This document shows, one piece after another, positions 55,700-64,000 of a stretch of 64,000 nucleotides of DNA. The DNA lies in assembly GCF_009914755.1 (NCBI RefSeq), contig NC_060932.1; one strand, 5' to 3'. How positions within the stretch are numbered: position 1 is the stretch's first letter; the number at the start of each line of letters is the position of its first letter. Position numbers and translations under genes: made by a program. The DNA is from the human T2T-CHM13v2.0 reference genome, Homo sapiens. The notes beneath the pieces are model-generated. The model did no database searches. It saw only the letters and a program-made list of their open reading frames with translations, and was not told the DNA's origin.

Positions 55700-56330
55700 G
55701 AGTTTTGAAAAAGAAAGTCTCCACTCCTCTTTGACCAAAATTTATAAACTACTTTTGCTATCGAAAAAAAAGTGGGGTGGGCAGGAGAAAAAGCTCCCCT
55801 TCAACTATTAACCAACAGCGGCTGTTACATTTCTAATCATTGACACTCAAAAAATGAAAATATTTATAAACAGCAAACATTTTTTGAATTTAATTAAAAA
55901 AACCCTTCATCTTCAAGAGTAAACCAGATGGATTTTTTTATATTTAATTTTGTCCAATTTTCTTATTTTTACTAGAAAACTCATGTTTTGTGAGCATAAT
56001 TTTCAAAGCACCATATTTTATATTCACACATTTATCACACTCTTCTGCAGTGGAATGCATTATGTGGCAGATAGGTTTACATTTTTCTCCAAATTAAACT
56101 TCTGTTTCTCATATCAACTTTAAGTGGAACTTGTACCTAGCTGGGAGATGGTGGTAAACACTACCTTATGAATTGCAATTTGAAATAAAATGATCAGTTT
56201 CTACTTTGGCTTGTTACAAACACACATATAATAAACACAGAAATTACTACCTAGTGTAGCTGATGATGAAAAGATGACCAGGATCTCACATTTTTCTTCA
56301 TGCTATCAATGTCCCTTTAAATAAGACAGA
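55700..56330 (+). mobile_element. Ancient L1 ORF2 C-terminal fossil
   Basis: LTKIYKLLL (55731) ~ ISKIYxLL; THLSHS..EC (56026-56058); LLPSVAD ~ PSxxxW. Confidence 0.4.
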
Positions 56331-56796
56331 AAGATTAGAAGAAAGGAATATAAAATAATAAAATATCAATTTGATAAAAATGACTTCGTTCAACAACTTT
56401 TTTTTATCTTTCAATGTTCACTATGTAGTTAAATTAATATTTTTGGCTAAAGAAATAGATGCTTTTTAATATAGGAAATCTTAACAGGCTATTTTTTTCT
56501 CTCTTGTCCATATATAATAATTTCTCCAACGTAAACATCAAGAAACAGATTGTTAATCTTTGTTAATGAACATGTTCAAGATTATTCAGTAAAGACTTTT
56601 CTGAAATGATTGTACAAATATTAACCAGATGTAGATGTGAGACAGGAGTTCTTTATGCTTTACAACTTTTCAAAAGTCCATGTTAGCATTTTATATCATT
56701 CTGAACGTAGCACTGTGAAATTGATGCTTTTTTTTTTAATTTACAATTCTGAATACCAAAGGTTTGGGACATCTTTTCATATTAATGAGTCACATC

Positions 56797-57277
56797 TTAA
56801 TCAGTTTTTCTGTGATAGGTCATGATAACAAACCACACCCAAAAACCTCAGCAGCTTACAAGAACAAATATTACTTCTCGCTAATTTTAGTTCTGACTCC
56901 GCTCTGCATTTATTTTAGGGTGTGGCTCTGTTTTGTGCTATAAGTTGCCTGGGGGTACCCGCCACATAATTCCTTCATTCCTGTTTATAGGATGAGGGAG
57001 TAGCTTCTATTTGCAATATACTTTTTTATGAAAGAGGGAAAATGTAAGACAACTGGCATAAACATTCAGTAGCTCTTAAACCATCTGTTCATATGTCACA
57101 TAGATCATATTCACTTACACATAATTGGTCAATGCAAGTAAAATGGACAAACCCAAAATTAGTAGCATGGAAGTGTATATACCCCACTACTTCAGTGACA
57201 ATTGACATGGATGCACAATCCTATTCTAAGGGAGGGAAAAGTACAAATATGTGAAAACACTAATACAATCAATGACA
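56797..57277. mobile_element. MLT1 (MaLR) LTR remnant
   Basis: 'taacaaaccacacccaaaaacctcagcagcttacaa', 'attggtcaatgcaagtaaaatggacaaacccaa', end 'taatacaatcaatgaca'. Confidence 0.7.
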
Positions 57278-57729
57278 AGTCATGCGTATTTTTTTGGGGG
57301 GGTTAACATAAAAATTAACTGGGTAACATAAAAATTAGTTACCCAGTTTTCTTCATTGAGTAGAACAAAATATCAGATCAAATAATAAAAAATGCATAGC
57401 TCAAATAAAAATATATTTCTAGTTATATTCAATTGGAGAATCTCTAGAGCAAATGTAAGGACTTGTGCAGAAAAATATTTTTCCTAAAATTATGATGCAT
57501 ATTTAACATGGGCTTCAAATAATTTTCATTAAATTAAAATCATGTTTATAAAGGATAATTTCTTCTCATAAAACTAATAGTAACACACTATTTGTGTGAA
57601 TTCTTAGAATTTCATTCAAAAGACTTTACATCCTAATACATATAGTTTTATTTTTTGTGTGAATTAGCCTTTAAATATTGTCACATGTAAAATATTCGTA
57701 TCAGGAAAAAATGTTGATTGAATAGGTTC

Positions 57730-58560
57730 ATTTTTCTGCATTGTCAGAATTTGCTGAACAGAATGCTGGCAACCTCGGTTAAATAATGACTACAAGGTAA
57801 CTAAACCTTGGCAGTTAATGATAGAGATCTCTGGGAAGATGTACAAGTTTATGTCCCCTGGAACTATCTGCTTACAGTCCAAAGTATAGGGGACTTAGAG
57901 ACTTTCCCCTCTTCTCTCCAGATAAGATTTATTTATATTTAAAAAATTACATCTGTTTCTCTCTGTTTCTTTCCTCTTCCCTCTCTCTCCCTCTTACTCC
58001 CCTATCCCTTTCTCTTATTTAATTCTATCACTTTCATTCAGTAGAGTGCATTTAATATACGTCATCTCTGTTTTGTGTATCTCAGCCTGGAAAATTTAAA
58101 GTGAAGTTAATATTGCCTTTCTGCATAACAAGTGGAGTACTGAGGATGAATATTTGTGCAATTGAGTTATGTATTTGGGTTTTAAATTAGAAAAAACATT
58201 TTGTCCTTATTTCAAATAGCAGTGACTGTATAAGAATTGGTTGCCATCATCTTGAAGGTTCAAACTAAGCCAGACAGTTTTGAGAGCTTTAATCATTGTA
58301 ATTGCAAGAAAATCAAGGCAAACAAACTTAATTACAGTTTTGTGTGGCTGGCTTTTGAAAACATCTTTTATATATATAAATTATTGACCTCTTGAATATG
58401 CAGACTCTGTCAAACAAATCTAGATGTTTGGAAATTTCAATTATATTCCTAATAGTTTATGTTGTGTCATGTCAATATTATGAAATTCTAATGGTCTATG
58501 TTTGGGTTCAATATCATTTTCCATGTTTTTATCCTGCATTCATTCATGTCTTTTACTATT
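57730..58560 (-). mobile_element. Ancient L1 fossils: RT1-3 (58390-58560) next to ORF1 (57730-58300)
   Basis: HRPLEFHNID (58500-58471), LDLFDRV (to 58402); EPSR*, RQ..KFSR, FQGT*/LYIFPEIS (57863-57823) ~ FxGxxIxIFPDxS. Confidence 0.5.
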
Positions 58561-58974
58561 ACTTTCAGCAGTGATGATTTTACATCTCAAGTAGAAAATA
58601 AAATCAATATTTCATGTTCAAAAGTTGTTAGTGAAGAATCTTTAAAATTGACTCTTTAAGTAGAAAAAGTTGATGAAAGTTGATGCTTTCAAGTTTCAGG
58701 GTATAATTTAGGTCCAAGTTAGATAATTCACCTTGAAGGTAAAATTTAAATTGCTGTTTTTAAAATTTCAGTTAGCTTAAGAAAATATATTTTTTAAATG
58801 ATTCATTATACTTCAGATTGTTTGTTTCATTCTGTGTTTTACTTATCAAAAATTTAAACCTGTATTTCCTGATTTCCCAAAGAAAACTGAATGTCTGTTA
58901 TAAAATTAGTCTGCAAGACTACTGAAATTAAATAAATAAGGTATAAAGAACTGGTGAAAAATCTTTATGAACAA

Positions 58975-59195
58975 ACAGACCCATTGTTTAGAGTTCAGAC
59001 AAATTTGGAGTGAAAACCTAGTTCTTTCACTTTTGGATTTGGGAATATTATTTAACCTAAGCCTTAGAGTACTCATTTCTATAATGAGGATACAGCATCT
59101 TTCTTTATATTGTTTTCAAGTCCACTTGGAAGAAAATAAATGTGACATGCCTGGCACAATTTCTATGGTGTCACAGGAGCCATATACATGGTAAA
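58975..59195 (+). mobile_element. MIR
   Basis: 'gagttcagac..ttgggaatattatttaacctaagcct..ctcatttctataatgaggata'. Confidence 0.65.
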
Positions 59196-59729
59196 CATGA
59201 GAAGTGGTATATTTGTAATATTAAAATCCTAGCAACAACAACATAGTGCCTTGCTTTCCCTGTGTGTAAACAAGAAACAACAAAATGTGAGAAACATAAT
59301 CTTCAACTATACCAGTCTGCTTGCTATTTCCAAAACTTTTCTTACAATTTCTTAATGTTTGCATTATTGTTAATTTTAATTCTTAAAGCCTCTTCTCCAG
59401 TCCCTCCAATATTTTTGCATTTCATAAATTGTAACTGTTCTTTGGCACAAATGTTACCTTTACCATAGAACATTTCTCAGTTCATGCTGGACATTTCTCT
59501 TTTCCTGACTTACAGTCCATACTGTTAAAAGCTATTTGCGTACATGTCTGCCTCATGTTTAAGATTATAAACATTCTTATAGGCAGTGAAGAGATTCTGA
59601 CAGTAGAGAATATCAGAGCCCATGGAAGGAGCCCAAGCAGGAATAATAATTCTACGGGCCAGAAATTAGAAGGGGAAAGAAGGAAGGAGGTAAAGAAAGT
59701 ATTTATTCAATAAATGTTTCCGGATAAAG

Positions 59730-59970
59730 AATAATATCTAACACTTTTTAGCATTTAATATGTGTAAGATACTATTCTAAATATCTGAATATGTTAACTA
59801 ATTTTTAACAGTAATTTTATGAAGAAATTATCTTTATTTACTTTATTTTCTAGATGAGAGTTTAAGTAAATGTTACCAAAATTTTCAATAATAAAATTGG
59901 TGATACCCTGGATTCAAATAATGCAGTCTGGATTCATAGCCTCTGATATTCATAGCAATGCTATGCTGCT
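59730..59970 (-). mobile_element. MIR
   Basis: 'aataatatctaacactttttagcattta', 'ggattcaaataatgcagtctggattcatagcc..ctatgctgc'. Confidence 0.65.
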
Positions 59971-61089
59971 CTTCACTACCTGCATCGTCACTGTTAGAAG
60001 TGAATGGATAAATGGATGAGTGAGTAAATGAGTGAACAAATGAACACAGGGGTGCATCAGGACATTGCTATTGTACTTTCAATTACTGTACATCTGTGTT
60101 TCAAGACTGCAAGTCTTTGAAATATCAGCATCCCTCTACTCTAAGATAGGATGTGTATGCATGTTGTTGTTTTTGTTGTTATCCTAGTTGTTAAAATAGT
60201 AGAATTTTAATGCAATGCCCTTGGAATTATAAAAAATTTCTCCAGGCAATCTGAAGCCTGAATTCAATAAAATGTCAAAGTGTGTAAAATAGGGAACTCA
60301 ACAGAAAACTGTAGAAACCACATTAATATATAATTTGCAATATTTCTCTTGATAAAAATTAAGTTTAGAAGCAGAAAAATATTGAAACAGAATTCAAAAA
60401 GAAATCCATTCACCGTCCATGATTATCTTGAGCATTTTGATCAATTTCAGATGCTCCAAAAGATAATTGTCAAAAAATTAGTATTAATTGGCAGTTTTGT
60501 AGTAGCTAATACCATTAACGCTGGAGTCACATTGTCTGATTCCAAATGCAACTATGTCAATCTCCATCTATATTTTCTGGATAGTTACATATCTCTCTAT
60601 GCCTTCATTTTCCTATTATAAATAAAAGTAAAAATAATCACTTATTCATAGGATATTTGTATGCCTTAAATTACTTAATGTATGAAAATCAATGATAAAA
60701 CTATGTCATATACTAAACACCTTATATGTATTTCATATTAGATTTTGATATTATAGTCAAGACTTAGAAAAGCCAACCATCTTCTCTTTATATGTGAAAT
60801 CATTTAACTTTCAAAGTTGTAATAATGAATATATGTACTTTAATTATATCTACACACGGTTACCTCTCCCTAGACCTCTTTCAAATTATTGGGCTAAATC
60901 TTTCCATAAGGAAGTTCAACTGAGTTAGTATTTCAAATAAATCTATACTTTAAAAGTCAATAAATCTTAGCCTTAAAAATAACTTCTGGGGTGTTTCCAG
61001 AAGAGTTTTTATTTTTTCTGGTCAGAGTTTCTCCTCTACTCATTTTACAGGGCTCATGAGATTGGTGGGTCATAGGATATTTCATAGTA

Positions 61090-61141
61090 CTGGTTGGCTA
61101 TTTAGTATCTGGTTGGCTATTTAGTATCTAGTTGGCTATTT
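61090..61141. repeat. 19-bp tandem repeat x2.7
   Basis: ctggttggctatttagtat at 61090 and 61109, partial at 61128. Confidence 0.9.
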
Positions 61142-61419
61142 TCTTTTCCTAAAGGAACCTAATTTGGTTTATACATCTAGATTCCTCTGGTAACTCATAG
61201 AAAGGAGATCCCATCTGCAGTTCCAGAAATAGTTGCTGATTAGTTTTAGCTAATTAGTGTGCAGCATTCCTCAGTGACTGTTAATGCTCCAAGTGGGAAA
61301 ATTTAACTTAAATAGGCCCAGATTAAAGGGGAGATTTATATTCCAAGTTCGGGCAAATTGTCCTTATTTTTTTTTCCTGTCTCCCCTTATTCGACAGGAA
61401 AAAATAATTTAGCCCCAAC

Positions 61420-61682
61420 TGCCATTGGTTTTTATGTTATGATCACAGGGCAGGAGCCATGAAAGGTATTCAATTTGACACCAACACTGCAGAGCTGAGA
61501 GGCTGAATAAATCTGACTCCTAATTGCATCAGTGAGAGCCACGGATCACATGGTGCCTTGATCCTATTTTACTTTTGGACTTCCGCTATGTTATAATAAT
61601 ACATTTCTTTATTGTATAAGAAAGCTTGAGTCATGATTTTATGTTATTGCAGTCCCCCCAAAAAAGCATTGTACCAGAGACA
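61420..61682 (+). mobile_element. ERVL/MaLR-type LTR 3' part (LTR16/MLT1J-like)
   Basis: 'cttttggacttcc..aataatacatttctttattgtataag..ttgagtc..gttattgcag..agaca'. Confidence 0.5.
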
Positions 61683-64000
61683 GCTCACAATTAATATTCT
61701 CGTTTCTCATTGAATCTTCATTGTCTTAAATAAAAAAAAAATTATAATTATTTTCCTTATTACAGAAATCTGTTTAGGCAGTTTAGGGCCGCTCTATGCT
61801 GTCATTAGTGATTTGTTTCTGTCTACTGGATGCTTCCATATTTCACTGAATTGGTGTTAAAAATAGTTAACATTTCAAATAATATTGGTTAAGCTAATGA
61901 ATAATATACCAACAAAGGGGAAAAGAGTATGTTTTAAATAGCAGGAGACCTTTTGAAATAAGACTATGTCACAACCTAACTCTGTAAAAAGGCAGACATT
62001 GGTACAAATCATGTAGTTCCGATGCTTTAAATTATATCTATTGGAAATAGACTTTCAAAATTAAAAAGCACATTGGTACATGAAAATTTTTTTAACATGC
62101 CCGAGTTGTAATCTTCCTAACACAAGCCCTAAACGTTTTCAACATTTTCATAAGGTGTTGGCATTTCTAGTATGATTTTAGTAATAGTTGGCTCCAGGAC
62201 TGATATTGAAAATAAATCCTGATTATGTTACAACTATAACATTTGTTTATGTTTCATTTGTTTACATATTTCAGGATTGAAAGTTATATACTTCCATGTA
62301 TTTTTATTAACACTGGATTTTCAAAGGAAACTTATTTCACACTGCTAAAAAATTTCAGGTTGCTATTTCATTAGCCAGAATTTAAATGTTATTAAATAAA
62401 ATTTAAGAACCATGTAAAAAATGTTTTTTCTTCAAGGAAAGAAAAGTTAGTAGCCCTAACCATTACAATTTTTATCATGTATATTAAAAAATGGGCTTAC
62501 CGGCATTCCTCAACTAGTGTCTTGTTAATCCTGACCGCATAGCAAAGGTACTGAAGGGGAGCATTCTCATCCTCATCTTAGAGATCAAGTTCATGAACTT
62601 GGAATGCTGCCTTCAGTTGATTCAGCTCATTATTTTCTACTGTAATTTAAATTCCCACATGAATCAGGAATCTAATAATCAAGATGCCAGTCACAATACA
62701 TTTAAGGGGTATTTTCAAGTAAATGGGATGCAGCTATATATTTAAAGAAATCAAGGATTTTCACTGAAAATACAATTATTTTTGAATTTTGATTTATTTT
62801 CACATAGATCAAGAACAACAGAATCTAAGCCATGTTGAAGATTGCAAGCCATCTTAGAATTGATTCCTATCCTCCAGCTTGAGTTGACGATCACATGCAA
62901 AGCTACAGTCCCTTAGACAAGCACCTCAATTCCAGGTTTTGCATACAATAAACTAGGAAAGATAGTTGAGTTCCATAATAAATGACCACTCCTGCCAACA
63001 TTACCAAGACATAATACAAGACTGCTTTTACTGCCACCTCTATCTTTGGTTCACTTATAACCATATAAGTCAAAGGAATACATGGTAATGGCATACCTTT
63101 CCACAGAATCTCAGTCCCAGTCATTTATTTATTTACATACACAAATACATGCACAAATGCTCTTATTCTATTTCTTAGATAATTTGAATATCTTAATTTC
63201 CCCTATTATTTTGCAGAACAATGAAATTTTTCTTAGATGCTAGATTTTGGAAATCACTACCTAGAATAATTTTGACAAGGAAGCAAGATAAAACACAAAC
63301 ATAAAACCAAAAACCTATATAGACAACTAGCTTTGGGTAGTACTATTTTTTCTTAAGTAACATTAAATTTAAAATATACATTACACAATTATCTCATATT
63401 AGTTTGGTAGCTAAAAGTGTAATTGAATGTACACATATGCATGCTCAAGGATATTGACTGAGACATTACATAGAGGATTTTAAAATTTTAGGGAATCTAT
63501 ACGTGTATTGAACAAGGTACCATTCTACGTATATAAATAAATGATATGTTCACATTTATATTTATATTAAGCATGCATAAAAAAGATTGAGGCAAAGTTT
63601 GAAAGATCTCAGAGCTATACTGTCAGAAAAAAGTTATAGTACAATATATATAAAACATTTATTTGTAAAGGTAATATTATGCACATGAACATACATGTAC
63701 ATTTAAATATGTGTAGAAAAAACTAGAAAGAGACACTCAGATGACAGCAATATTGAAAGGGAGAATAAATAATGATGTTTATAATTTGTTCTTTATTATT
63801 TGAATTTTACCAATGGCAACATTTGTATTGTTTACATGGACAATTAGAAAAAAAAAGTCAGTGTAGATCATCCCACATCCTATTTTCCCAACTACAGTTA
63901 CAAATAAAAGCAGCTTTCAAATTATGCTGAATCATGAACTTTGGAAAGTAACATTGTAAAATTATAGGTATGTTATTTTATCTCAGTAGTCCAACTTTTT

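Larger units (their letters stand above)
60200..62950 (-). mobile_element. Ancient L1 fossil with ORF1, EN, RT1-2 and post-RT in order (large deletions; MIR-like and LTR insertions)
   Basis: ENKSKFKNNCIF (62801-62766); ILIIRFL (62685); KFMNLISKMR (62600); NV*GL (62137); VLFNFES; LISKGL; KKNKD (61374); SLRNA..LAK; NQIRFL (61169); FI*N (60941); RGLG (60879); SVEFPIL; SKGI. Confidence 0.6.

Overview
AT-rich primate (human-like) genomic DNA. I find no intact protein-coding gene, rRNA, functional tRNA or CRISPR array. Recognisable younger repeats: three full-length but disabled L1s (23395-29239 +, 38998-45147 -, 45215-52222 -), several truncated or inverted L1s, two Alus, a solo LTR12, MLT/ERVL LTRs, MER1B/MER47/MER58A, and MIR/L2 remnants. 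The main result comes from manual frameshift-tolerant translation of the seemingly unique DNA between these repeats. It repeatedly gives ordered L1 ORF1, endonuclease (EN), Z, RT and Cys-domain motifs that resemble fish/amphibian/squamate-type L1 proteins more than mammalian L1PA/L1M. About a dozen decayed segments occur on both strands, one nearly full length (~5420-9800), and some are interrupted by L2/MIR-like elements. The window therefore looks like a dense cluster of very ancient L1 fossils. These motif matches are by eye against remembered consensus motifs and need a translated HMM/LAST search. Other notable structures: a double-inverted L1PA insertion, a local inverted duplication of an L1 ORF1 segment, and a 426-nt pyrimidine tract grown from an Alu tail. 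Subfamily names and boundaries of old repeats are approximate.
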